Shown here piece by piece: positions 1-9,300 of a stretch of 64,000 bases of DNA (positions are counted from its first letter, which is position 1; every line of letters starts with the position of its first letter). Below the pieces are notes generated by a model. It searched no databases. It was not told where the DNA came from and was given only the letters and a program-made list of their open reading frames with translations. Made by a program: the position numbers and the translations under genes. The DNA is taken from assembly GCA_965214095.1 (NCBI GenBank), contig OZ243938.1:544001-608000 (forward strand), given 5' to 3'. The stretch is from Candidatus Poribacteria bacterium. Its GTDB lineage: Bacteria; Poribacteria; WGA-4E; WGA-3G.

Positions 1-1
1 C

Positions 2-484
2 ACTGCTGTACATATTGATGGTTATCATGGTGATAACGCGTTTACTTTTCCCGTAGGACAGATTCCACCTGATGCACAGAAGTTACTTGAAGTGACAAAA
101 GAGTCATTATATGCAGCAATCTCAGAAGCAAAACCCGGGAACCGTATGGGTGATGTCTCTTATCAACTGCAAAATGTTGCTGAAAAAGCCGGTTTTTCTG
201 TGCTGCAGAACTATTCCGGACACGGAATCGGTCGTAACCTACATGAAGACCCACAAGTACCTACTAACGGAACACCGGGACGCGGAACACGACTCAGACC
301 AGGTATGGTGCTGGCAATTGAGGCTATGGTGAATGCTGGTCATCCCGATGTTGATGTTATGGACGATGGTTGGGGGATTGAAACTACCGATGGAAGTCTA
401 TCTGCACTCTTTGAACATACAGTAGCAATCCTATCTGATGGACCAGAAATACTAACGGGGAGTCCGATATGGGAAGATCTGTAA
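2..484 (+). CDS. map: Type I methionine aminopeptidase (5' end outside window)
   Basis: Frame is open from position 2 (TAVHIDGYHGDNAFTF...). Motifs GHGIG, LHEDP, AIEAM and FEHTV. Confidence 0.93.
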   Translation, partial: TAVHIDGYHGDNAFTFPVGQIPPDAQKLLEVTKESLYAAISEAKPGNRMGDVSYQLQNVAEKAGFSVLQNYSGHGIGRNLHEDPQVPTNGTPGRGTRLRPGMVLAIEAMVNAGHPDVDVMDDGWGIETTDGSLSALFEHTVAILSDGPEILTGSPIWEDL

Positions 485-1143
485 AAATCCTTACGGTCGT
501 TATTGCAGTCTTATTTTTTATCTCGTTGTATCTGATTTTTAGTTACGCACAGGTTGAAAAGACAATGTTAGAGGTGCAGAAGATTTTCTATCTGCACGTA
601 TCAGCTGCGATGACTGTTTACCTTGCGTTTGGAGTCAACTTTCTCTTTAGCATCAAGTATCTGGTTAAACGCAAATTGAACGATGACCTATTAGCTGTCG
701 CAGCCGCAGAAATAGGTCTTGTTTTTTGTACTATTGTCCTACTTTCTGGTCCTATTTGGGCAAAATACGCGTGGAATACTTGGTGGAATTGGGAGGCACG
801 CCTGACCAGCACACTCGTTCTGTGGCTAATGTATGTTGGCTATTTCATTCTTCGTTCTGCTTTAGCTGAAGACAAACGTAGACAATATTCGGCAGTACTT
901 GGTATTATTGCTTTCTTTGATGTACCAATAGTTCATTATGCTACAAAATTCTGGGAAGGAAAACTTCATCCGGAGCGAGGATCTAAAATCAACGTCGAAC
1001 CAACAATCCTACATACATGGCTAATCGTGTTAGTAGTATTCATTGGACTTTTTTCGTTGCTGTTAATTTTACAGTTTCTGAACAAAAAGGCAGAATCACG
1101 CTATGAGGCTCTCCGCCGAAAACACATAGAGGAATCATCTTGA
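469..1143 (+). CDS. ccmC: Cytochrome c biogenesis heme exporter, CcmC/CcsA family
   Basis: About 6 TM helices, FYLHV, GPIWAK, Trp-rich WNTWWNWEARLT motif and LHP. Confidence 0.85.
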   Translation: MGRSVKILTVVIAVLFFISLYLIFSYAQVEKTMLEVQKIFYLHVSAAMTVYLAFGVNFLFSIKYLVKRKLNDDLLAVAAAEIGLVFCTIVLLSGPIWAKYAWNTWWNWEARLTSTLVLWLMYVGYFILRSALAEDKRRQYSAVLGIIAFFDVPIVHYATKFWEGKLHPERGSKINVEPTILHTWLIVLVVFIGLFSLLLILQFLNKKAESRYEALRRKHIEESS

Positions 1144-1493
1144 TGCGAATTATAATTATAATTAGTTTTCTAATCGTTGTCGGTTTGGTATTTTTAGCAA
1201 TTCAGGTGCCAACGTTGGACGAAAAAAAGGTTGACGCAGCTATTATGGAAGCAATATCAGACTCTCAAGTTGCTACGGAGAACCAAGACACAATAAAACA
1301 AGCTGTTACACTTACGATAGAAAAACTGGAAATGGCACAACAAAAACGTCTCAAATACCTCGTCTCTGCCTATCTTGTTATTTGGTTGGTATTCATGCTT
1401 TACTTGGTGCGATTAGGGAAGCAGCAGAGCAAACTGGACCAACGCCTCTCCCAACTCGAACAAGACACACCAAACAGCGAAGAAGACGAGTAA
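1140..1493 (+). CDS. Membrane protein with CcmD-like C-terminal part
   Basis: Overlaps the ccmC stop. C-terminal YLVSAYLVIWLVFMLYLVRL followed by a charged coil resembles CcmD. Confidence 0.55.
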   Translation: MMRIIIIISFLIVVGLVFLAIQVPTLDEKKVDAAIMEAISDSQVATENQDTIKQAVTLTIEKLEMAQQKRLKYLVSAYLVIWLVFMLYLVRLGKQQSKLDQRLSQLEQDTPNSEEDE

Positions 1494-1547
1494 TCTCACC
1501 CTCCATTTTCTCGTTTCACTGTCATAAACGCAGAAAGATCCAAAAAA

Positions 1548-3161
1548 ATGACTAAAAGAAAAATCGCTAATTTCAGCGAAATAAATGACCGTGAACCCCT
1601 CTATGCACTCGTAGCAAATGTTGATTTAGTTATAATTCGGTATGACAACCAAATATCTGTCCTATACGGACGTTGTCATCACCGCGGCGCGCTTCTCGCT
1701 GATGGTTATATTGATGGTGAGAACCTAATTTGTGGCGTTCACTTTTGGGATTACCGATACGATACAGGAATCAGCGAATACCATAATACAGAGCAACTCG
1801 CAAAATTTAATGCTTGGGTTGAAGACGATATCATTTATGTAGACGAAGATGAAATCAAAGAATGGGAAAAAAACAACCCGCAACCCTATCACCGCGATCA
1901 ATATCAAGGTACATATCAAGATGTTCACGGGACACCCGATGAACCTTATATCACAGAAATTCATGAATTAGCGACAAATGGTCTGAGTAAGGTTGGACAG
2001 CACGGGAAAACCGAAGCGATGGGTGTATTGCGAAAAGACCTACCGAATTGGGACGATCTACAATTCGTCGTTGCACAACTCCATAAAACACCTCAACTTG
2101 ACGAAGCAGAAGTTGACACAGAATTGGTCGTCGGTCCGCGTGCAAAAAACCCAGTAAAGTTGGAAATTCCTATATTCGTCTCCGATATGAGCTTTGGAGC
2201 ACTCTCTGCAGAGGCGAAAATTGCTTTAGCAAAAGGTGCTGAACTCGCTGGAACTGCTATCTGTTCTGGTGAAGGCGGGATGTTACAAGCAGAAGCAGTT
2301 GAAAACTCACGCTATTTCTACGAACTCGCATCCGCAAGATTTGGATTCTCTTTTGATAAATTGGATCATGCTCAAGCTTTTCACTTCAAAGGCGGACAAG
2401 GAGCAAAGACAGGAACTGGTGGACATCTACCAGGAAACAAGGTGACTGAGGAGATCGCCACCGTTCGCGGATTATCAGCAGGACAACCCGCAATATCACC
2501 AGCAAGGTTTCCTAATTGGGAAACTTTAGAGGACTATGCAAAATTCGCTGAATTAATCCGAAAAGAAACTGGTGGAATTCCAATTGGATTTAAACTCTCC
2601 GCGCAACATATAGAAAAGGATATTGAAGCAGCTCTTCACATCGGAGTGGATTATATCATCTTAGATGGACGGGGTGGAGGAACAGGTGCTGCACCTCTAT
2701 TGTTCAGAGATAACATCTCAGTGCCTACAATGCCTGCGTTAGCTCGTGCACGGAAATACCTTGATGATACAGGAAACAAGGACGTTACGCTTATTATCAC
2801 GGGTGGATTAAGGACTGCAGCAGATTTTGCTAAGGCTTTAGCACTCGGTGCAGATGGAGTTGCAATAGCCAACTCCGCAATGCAGGCAATCGGGTGTATT
2901 GGCATGCGAGCATGTCATACGAACAACTGTCCTGTCGGCATTGCAACACAAAAGGATCATTTACGTTCACGTCTAAAGGTGGAAATAGCAGCACAAAGGT
3001 TGAACAGATTCTTAACATCTTCAGTTGAATTGATGCAGGTATTAGCGCGTGCTTGTGGACATACCCACCTGAATCAATTTAACATTAACGATCTCACGGC
3101 ATGGAAACGCGAAATAGCATATTTAACAGGTGTTCAGTATGCAGGAGTAGTTCCGTTGTAG
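1548..3161 (+). CDS. Rieske domain fused to FMN-binding glutamate synthase-like protein
   Basis: Rieske CHHRG...CGVH motifs, MSFGALS, GQGAKTG, and 3Fe-4S motif CIGMRACHTNNCPVG. Confidence 0.9.
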   Translation: MTKRKIANFSEINDREPLYALVANVDLVIIRYDNQISVLYGRCHHRGALLADGYIDGENLICGVHFWDYRYDTGISEYHNTEQLAKFNAWVEDDIIYVDEDEIKEWEKNNPQPYHRDQYQGTYQDVHGTPDEPYITEIHELATNGLSKVGQHGKTEAMGVLRKDLPNWDDLQFVVAQLHKTPQLDEAEVDTELVVGPRAKNPVKLEIPIFVSDMSFGALSAEAKIALAKGAELAGTAICSGEGGMLQAEAVENSRYFYELASARFGFSFDKLDHAQAFHFKGGQGAKTGTGGHLPGNKVTEEIATVRGLSAGQPAISPARFPNWETLEDYAKFAELIRKETGGIPIGFKLSAQHIEKDIEAALHIGVDYIILDGRGGGTGAAPLLFRDNISVPTMPALARARKYLDDTGNKDVTLIITGGLRTAADFAKALALGADGVAIANSAMQAIGCIGMRACHTNNCPVGIATQKDHLRSRLKVEIAAQRLNRFLTSSVELMQVLARACGHTHLNQFNINDLTAWKREIAYLTGVQYAGVVPL

Positions 3162-3165
3162 TCAT

Positions 3166-3930
3166 TTACGTATCGTTATCTGGAATCTCATCCCAATTAT
3201 ACTCAGGTGAATATCCCAAATCCTTCTCTGCTTGCTTCCAATCATAACGCGAGTCTTCTCGACCTGCGACTGCGTTATATGCACCATAATTGATTGTTTC
3301 GCTCTCAATAGCACGTTCTACGCACTGTGCTACATCCCTCGGATCCACATAAACAAACCAAGGTTCGGTAACAACAGCAGGGACAGAGGGACCAGGATTA
3401 AGTCCATCACCATCTATTACTCCCGGACGGATATGTATAACTTTTAACCCGTGTGCCTGATGGTAGGCTAAACATATTTCCTCTCCAAGATGTTTTGAGA
3501 GTGAATAATATATGTCACCCCCGCCAAACTGAAACGCATCTCCAACTTTGTACGGTATCTCAACACCTGCTGCAGGTGGACATGCTGAGATACTTGAGAT
3601 ATTCACAAGTTTTTGCACACCCTGACGAACACAAGCCTCCGCTATATTCCAAGTGCCTTTGACCATCACTTCAGTATATAATGAGAGCGGTTTACCATGT
3701 CGTTCACGCACCAAAGCAACCAGATGGATTACCGCATCGTGTTCAGCACAAGCAGCTTCAATTTCTGACAAATCTGTTACATCTGCTTTGATGAACGTAG
3801 CACCATCAGACACTTGATCCGGTTCAACTATATCAGTTAATGTTAGTTCGTAATTTGGGTGCAACCGTTCAATAATAAATTGTGCAAGGTATCCAGATGC
3901 ACCGGTGATCAATATATTTTCTATTGCCAT
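3166..3930 (-). CDS. NAD-dependent epimerase/dehydratase (extended SDR)
   Basis: ITGASGYLA Rossmann motif and YSLSK catalytic motif. Confidence 0.88.
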   Translation of the reverse strand: MAIENILITGASGYLAQFIIERLHPNYELTLTDIVEPDQVSDGATFIKADVTDLSEIEAACAEHDAVIHLVALVRERHGKPLSLYTEVMVKGTWNIAEACVRQGVQKLVNISSISACPPAAGVEIPYKVGDAFQFGGGDIYYSLSKHLGEEICLAYHQAHGLKVIHIRPGVIDGDGLNPGPSVPAVVTEPWFVYVDPRDVAQCVERAIESETINYGAYNAVAGREDSRYDWKQAEKDLGYSPEYNWDEIPDNDT

Positions 3931-3941
3931 CAGTTGAAATG

Positions 3942-4286
3942 CTATCCATTTACAAAAGGAGGATCGGTATAGAGCGTATCATTGTAACCCACATAAAATA
4001 CATTCCCAGTCCTAATAGTCGGAGCACGCAAACTACCACTACGTCCAAGTACTGCTTTGAGCACGGATTCACGATCATCTTCGTTAGGTTGGAAGGTTGC
4101 CACACTTTTCCCTTTTGCCACAACGATACTTTCAGCAGATTCCAACAAATCCCATACCGCATCTGCCTCTAACTTCTCTTTTCGTGCATCTGTCCGTTCT
4201 TTTACTTCTAAGTCATTCGTGTCAAGAAACTCTTGAACTTTCTTACACGAGTTTCAACTGTTCCTAAAATATATCCAATCAATCAT
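3942..4286 (-). CDS. ArsC-family thioredoxin-fold protein, probable selenoprotein (UxxC), 114 aa
   Basis: ATG at 4286 overlaps the upstream TAA. Reads MIDWIYFRNS-TGA(4254-4256)-NSCKKVQEFL... in frame into the 68-aa ORF containing GSLRAPT. Confidence 0.85.
4217..4250 (-). promoter_or_regulatory. Candidate SECIS stem-loop
   Basis: UCGUGU-AAGAAA-[GUUCAAGAG]-UUUCUU-G-ACACGA begins 3 nt after the in-frame UGA. Confidence 0.6.
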
Positions 4287-5284
4287 TATAAATCCTCCAC
4301 TCTGACAAATTTTCCAGTATTACGGCTATTAATCGCCGCGTCAATCAATGCCAGTGTTTCAAGTGCATCTGCAAAATCTGAACGGATTAACGTCCTATCA
4401 CCCGTTTCAATTGCACGCAGCCATGCACCTGTCTTGTCTAAACCTAAACTGTTAATCGGAGCTGCAGGTTCATCTATTGTCTCACCATTTAGATAACCGC
4501 GTATTGCATTGTCCGACATTTTACCTTGTAAGTGTATATGAGGTCCGATCACCTCAACATCAAAACAGAAACCTTCGGTTCCACAATGATTCATGTGTGT
4601 CCCAAAGACACCGTTATCCAATTCGTAAGTCATTTGGATGGCGTTTTCAGCATCAAATTCTGTTCTATCCAACGCCATGTTTTTGACTGCCAACGCGTGT
4701 GCTTGTATCGGTTTAGGCTTTCCCAACACATAACGCGCACAATCCAACACATGCACTGCTTGTTCCGCTAATGGACCACCACTGATGTCTGACTGCAGAA
4801 ACCAATACGGCATTTGGAAATTGAGATAGTAACTTATTGTGCAGACTGTTCTGACAAGATGGACAGTTTCAGCTGCAATCAATTCCTTCATCCGCTCATA
4901 AAGTGGATGGTAGCGGAGTTGAAATCCAACGGCTGCAATCATACCCGATGCCTCAATGTATTCAAGACATTTTCGTCCATCAGAAATATTTAGTGCAGGT
5001 GGTTTTTCAACCAGAATTGGGATGCCACGTTCACATGCCATCTGGATAGGTTCTAAACGAACAGGGGGTGGTGTTGTAATCACCACCCCGTCCAATTCTA
5101 CGTCAAAAAAAGCATGTAATACATCGGTAAAATGTTCAGCATTTGCATGGGTTGTCAACGCTTTCGCAGCATCAGATAGAACATCGTGAACAGCAACAAC
5201 ACGAGCACCGTAATTCGTTACCGCATCACAGTGGTGTCTACCCATTCTGCCAGCACCGATAATACCAATTGATAATTGATTCAC
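4286..5284 (-). CDS. Gfo/Idh/MocA oxidoreductase
   Basis: GIIGAGRMG, EKP and VGFQLRY motifs. Confidence 0.9.
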   Translation of the reverse strand: MNQLSIGIIGAGRMGRHHCDAVTNYGARVVAVHDVLSDAAKALTTHANAEHFTDVLHAFFDVELDGVVITTPPPVRLEPIQMACERGIPILVEKPPALNISDGRKCLEYIEASGMIAAVGFQLRYHPLYERMKELIAAETVHLVRTVCTISYYLNFQMPYWFLQSDISGGPLAEQAVHVLDCARYVLGKPKPIQAHALAVKNMALDRTEFDAENAIQMTYELDNGVFGTHMNHCGTEGFCFDVEVIGPHIHLQGKMSDNAIRGYLNGETIDEPAAPINSLGLDKTGAWLRAIETGDRTLIRSDFADALETLALIDAAINSRNTGKFVRVEDL

Positions 5285-5319
5285 GCTGTTATATTACTCA
5301 CTGAAGTTTGTCGTGGTAT

Positions 5320-5434
5320 TATACCATTTCTAATTGAAAACACCGCATTATTGTAGCACAAACTGCCAGTTTGTGCCGTCCTTCAAGACATTCTTAACAA
5401 ATGTTAATGGGATAAGCATTTATAGAAATGGTAT
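5320..5434. mobile_element. MITE-like element with internal GTAG REP hairpin
   Basis: Terminal inverted repeats ATACCATTTCTA / TAGAAATGGTAT. Internal GTA-GCACAAACT-GCC-AGTTTGTGC at 5353-5376. Confidence 0.65.
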
Positions 5435-6144
5435 TACTTACGCTTTAAGCTTCCCCAGGTAACTGCAATTTTACCTTTAGGTTCAACTGGTGTGGCTGCT
5501 CCTCCTGGAGTTACGACAAATATATTATCGTACTGAGCGTGTTCAGCACCACTCATACGGAAACCAATCTTTCCCATTGAGAAAGCCTTTTGCGAATCTG
5601 TCCATTCACTCACGAAAGATAACTCAGTACCAATTCCACCAACCGGTCCGATGTAAGCCTTAAAATTGGATCCTGACCGCACCTCAAATTTGGCACGATA
5701 CCAGATACCTTGTTCACGGTCAACACCATCTTCAAATGCACCTGGTTCAGCAGCCCATCCACCGTTTACTCTTCTGTGCCAACGGATGTGTTGTGGTGTA
5801 TGTCCAGATGCTGCAGTAGAAACTTGGTGCATATAGATATTGTTCGCATCTTGTCCATGGAAAATAAATCCTGTTAAACCATTTTGGACTGCTTTAAAAT
5901 CAGCATAGTAGTCATATTCTTCTGGAAACTCATCAACACTAAGTCCAACATCACCGCCGGGAACAAATAGAACATTGTTGCCTAATGCATCATGACCATC
6001 TGCATTCTCTTCAAGCACCCAAGTATTTTTGGGAACCCATTTTGTATCGTCAATGTTTTCACTCTCAAAATCATCATGAAACAGTATTTCTGCTGAAACA
6101 GTAGCAGCACATAGTATTAGTATTAAACAGACAAAGTAACGCAT
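5434..6144 (-). CDS. Secreted ConA/DUF1080-like beta-sandwich protein with C-terminal TWG motif
   Basis: Signal peptide, ILFHDDFE, GKIGFR...YDNI. Ends VEPKGKIAVTWGSLKRK. Confidence 0.75.
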   Translation of the reverse strand: MRYFVCLILILCAATVSAEILFHDDFESENIDDTKWVPKNTWVLEENADGHDALGNNVLFVPGGDVGLSVDEFPEEYDYYADFKAVQNGLTGFIFHGQDANNIYMHQVSTAASGHTPQHIRWHRRVNGGWAAEPGAFEDGVDREQGIWYRAKFEVRSGSNFKAYIGPVGGIGTELSFVSEWTDSQKAFSMGKIGFRMSGAEHAQYDNIFVVTPGGAATPVEPKGKIAVTWGSLKRK

Positions 6145-6335
6145 ATAAAAGAATCTCCTTGTGTTATAAGAAAACAGATGAAACGATGTTCATCCTGACT
6201 ATCATTTATATTAGATTTTTAAACTCTAAAGTAATTTCAATCAACTATATTTGAATTATACCATATTTCTGTATTTTTGGTTACATTAATGGCATATAAA
6301 CAGGTAAAATAATAGAATATGTCATGAATAAATAT

Positions 6336-6583
6336 TATACCATTTCCAATTAAGAATATACCATTAATGAAATCGCTTGTTCGTAGTCGCGCAATTCATT
6401 GCGCCTCTTACATTTATAGTAAAAACCATAAATATTTACACACTACGGTAGGTTCGGTTTCCTAACCGAACCGGTGTTTGTTCAGTCTCATAGATGTGGT
6501 TAGGAAACCGCATCTACCGAGGAGTGTGCACGTATTTTTACATTTCACTATAAAAAAGTGCAAATCATTTTTAGAATTGGTAT
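6336..6583. mobile_element. Outer MITE (TACCA-type ends) with REP, interrupted by a nested second MITE
   Basis: Ends TATACCATTTCCA and TAGAATTGGTAT resemble those of 5320-5434. REP GTAGTCGCGCAATTCATTGCGC at 6383. Confidence 0.55.
6415..6552. mobile_element. 138-bp TATAGT...ACTATA MITE carrying an inverted REP pair (REPIN-like)
   Basis: Close reverse-complement copy of the same length at 32812-32949. Confidence 0.8.
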
Positions 6584-6601
6584 TACGTTTATTCTATTGG
6601 C

Positions 6602-7312
6602 TTATTTCTTCTTTATACTCCCCCATGTCACAGCGAGTTTCGCTTTTGGTTCAACAGGGAAGATGTCAAATCCTGCGGCAGCGACAACAATATTGTCATA
6701 TTGAGCCTGCTCTCCACCGCTCTTACGAAAGCCAATCTTTCCTTTCTCAAAAGATTTAGCACTATCCGTCCATTCACTTACAAGTGTAAGATCTTCATCT
6801 TCTGAACCGACATCACCTATAAATGCCTTAAAATTATAGTTCTTACGCACCTCAAACTTGATACGATACCATACATTCTGTTTTCGGTTTACACCATCTT
6901 CAAATGCACCGGGTTCTGCGGCCCATGCACCGTTAATTCTTCTGTGCCATCTGATGTGTTGCGGTGTATGTGCAGAACCATCAGTTGAAACTTGATGCAT
7001 GTATATGTTATTACCGTCTTGTCCATGGAACACAAATCCAGTCAAACCGTTCGTTGTGGCTTTAAAATCCGCGTAATAATCATATTCTTCTGGAAAATCA
7101 TCCACACTAAGTCCAACATCACCACCCTGGATATCAATGACTTTATTACCCAGTACATCATGATCATCCTCATTATCCACTATTTTCCAACTGGCTTGTG
7201 GTGACCATTTATCTTCATCAATCTTTCCACTTTCAAAGTCATCTTGAAACAGTATTTCAGCTGACACTGTGCTGACACATAATATCAACAACAAACAAAT
7301 TGCATAACGCAT
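6602..7312 (-). CDS. Paralog of 5434-6144; secreted beta-sandwich protein with TWG tail
   Basis: Same length (236 aa) with long shared blocks (GGDVGLSVD, FPEEYDYYADFKA, HTPQHIRWHRR). Ends VEPKAKLAVTWGSIKKK. Confidence 0.75.
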   Translation of the reverse strand: MRYAICLLLILCVSTVSAEILFQDDFESGKIDEDKWSPQASWKIVDNEDDHDVLGNKVIDIQGGDVGLSVDDFPEEYDYYADFKATTNGLTGFVFHGQDGNNIYMHQVSTDGSAHTPQHIRWHRRINGAWAAEPGAFEDGVNRKQNVWYRIKFEVRKNYNFKAFIGDVGSEDEDLTLVSEWTDSAKSFEKGKIGFRKSGGEQAQYDNIVVAAAGFDIFPVEPKAKLAVTWGSIKKK

Positions 7313-7330
7313 AATTATTCTCCTATTTTA

Positions 7331-8044
7331 TTAGTATTTATCAGTTTTAACTAGTCCCCAGACCGTTGTTAGTTTTGCGGTTGGCTCAACAGCAGTCGGA
7401 TCACTACCACCATAGATTTCTATTTCATCAATACGCGCACCATCATTTGAACGAATGTGGATACGCAACCACCGTGCCTCTACATCATCAAAAGTGACCT
7501 CTGTGGTTTTGCTAACTGGCGCACCTTTATGTGTATAGACAATATTCCAAGTATTTGCTTCTGAGTCGGCATCAGCTACCTTTGTTGCAACAAGGATATC
7601 AAAATCGGCAGCTGTTCGGTCAAGAAAACCTTGCGAATGGTCACTGCCAAAAATTATACGATTCACATTCGCGACTTCTCCAATATCAATCTGTGCCCAA
7701 CCGGGTACAGCGCCAATAATCCAACTTCTGCAATTGTTATAAAAACCATCATTAAGATATTCAGTACAGTGCCGTTGTGGACACCATCCATCTAACAAAG
7801 AAGATGCTTCTGGTTTAGTATCTTTCAGTAATGCCAAATTCGGTTCTTTATCCCGAACGGTCGGTACAAATTCTGGTCCTGGTTTTCCACCTGCTTCACA
7901 TGCCTTCGTTGCTGCATCAATATCTTGCTCTTTGAATTCGTAACGTCCGAATTTCTCTGGTCCCTTCTCTTCATTATGTTCAGCGAAAACCGAAGGAGTG
8001 TTTATTATTAATGTCACGAGTAAACAGAAAAGTACTATTCTCAT
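7331..8044 (-). CDS. Secreted discoidin/F5-8 type C-like protein with TWG-type tail
   Basis: Signal peptide, WAQIDIG, ARWLRIHI and IDEIEIYG. Ends AVEPTAKLTTVWGLVK. Confidence 0.7.
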   Translation of the reverse strand: MRIVLFCLLVTLIINTPSVFAEHNEEKGPEKFGRYEFKEQDIDAATKACEAGGKPGPEFVPTVRDKEPNLALLKDTKPEASSLLDGWCPQRHCTEYLNDGFYNNCRSWIIGAVPGWAQIDIGEVANVNRIIFGSDHSQGFLDRTAADFDILVATKVADADSEANTWNIVYTHKGAPVSKTTEVTFDDVEARWLRIHIRSNDGARIDEIEIYGGSDPTAVEPTAKLTTVWGLVKTDKY

Positions 8045-8172
8045 TTTTCATTCCTCCAGAGGTTTTGTGTATATTTGTTATTAGTTACATTTATTGATAG
8101 TTTCTCATGCTAGGGGTTCACTTAAACGTATACCTTGATTACATTCTCCATAAATTGAAAGAGTGATTATAT

Positions 8173-8260
8173 TATAGTAAAGTTTAGAATTAAGAAGACA
8201 TTTCAATGCACTTTCAAATTACACAAGTCCCGTAGGGGCGAGGTTGCCTCCCCCTCTGAG
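8173..8260. mobile_element. IS630-like left end plus GTAG REP (partial MITE)
   Basis: TATAGTAAAGTTTAGAATTAAGAAGACAT matches the IS630 end at 40985 at 23/29 positions. REP GTAGGGGCGAGGTTGCCTCCCCCT near 8232. Confidence 0.6.
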
Positions 8261-8278
8261 GTGTGTCCTATTAATAGT

Positions 8279-9268
8279 TCAATCTGCGAAATACTCATTT
8301 GCAACTACATTTACAAAATTATTTCCCATAACTCTATAACCTTCAGCATCAGGATGTAAGTTATCTGGGAGCAGGTCAACAAAATCTGCACCAAAGACAT
8401 CTAACCCGCTCACATAATGTATGTTTTCATCACCGTAGGATTCCAGTGCATTCGCAGCAGCTTGTACCTCTTCACGCATTTTCTGTAGATTGAATCCGAC
8501 AGCATTTGGGTTTTCTTCTCTGTTTGGACAATAGATGGGTGACATCAAGACTATTGGTATATCAGTGTGTTTTTCACGAATAATTTGCACAGCACCAATG
8601 ATTGCAGGTCGGAATGCACGCGGTCCTAAACTAGATGCACCTTGTATGTTAATTCCGAGACACATTGAAATGTAATTCGCGGGTAGATCCCGGATCATCT
8701 TTGCTACCATTGAATCAAGATGACACTGTCCACCATATCCAAGACAAGTTAGGTTGAAGTTTTTGCTACGAGCAGCAATTCCAGGCCACGTCTGTGTTGG
8801 TGAAGCAGCAGAACGACACTGAGTAATTGAACTACCATAGGTAATCCACTTTGGACGTTTGTCTATGTATGGATCTATTGATGCACCATCATCAATTTCT
8901 ATATTACGAAGTTGAAACCTGCCAAACTGTGGCAACCACAATTCTATCAATTTATCCTTATCAGGAAGATTCTCAAACACGAAACTGTTCTTTCCCCGAA
9001 GATCGGACGATGCAATGAACTCTCCATTGCAGCATAGATCAAGCATACCAGAATCGCGTTGTTCAACAATACTACCAGATATGTGGGTTGTGTTACTACG
9101 AAAACTAATTCGCACACCTGCTGGCATTGCTGAACGTTCCAATAATGGTTCTGGAAACAGAACATGCTGGTCGTGTGGTGTTCGCCACGGCATGAGTGCA
9201 TCACCTGTTTTTTCTACAGATACAACTCCTTGCCAATTCAAATTTGGTGAATCAGGCTTCAAATGCAT
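8279..9268 (-). CDS. SGNH/GDSL hydrolase
   Basis: YGSSITQ, LGIN and DNLHP blocks. Confidence 0.88.
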   Translation of the reverse strand: MHLKPDSPNLNWQGVVSVEKTGDALMPWRTPHDQHVLFPEPLLERSAMPAGVRISFRSNTTHISGSIVEQRDSGMLDLCCNGEFIASSDLRGKNSFVFENLPDKDKLIELWLPQFGRFQLRNIEIDDGASIDPYIDKRPKWITYGSSITQCRSAASPTQTWPGIAARSKNFNLTCLGYGGQCHLDSMVAKMIRDLPANYISMCLGINIQGASSLGPRAFRPAIIGAVQIIREKHTDIPIVLMSPIYCPNREENPNAVGFNLQKMREEVQAAANALESYGDENIHYVSGLDVFGADFVDLLPDNLHPDAEGYRVMGNNFVNVVANEYFAD

Positions 9269-9300
9269 TACAATAGCTCTCCTTACAATTCTTAATATGA

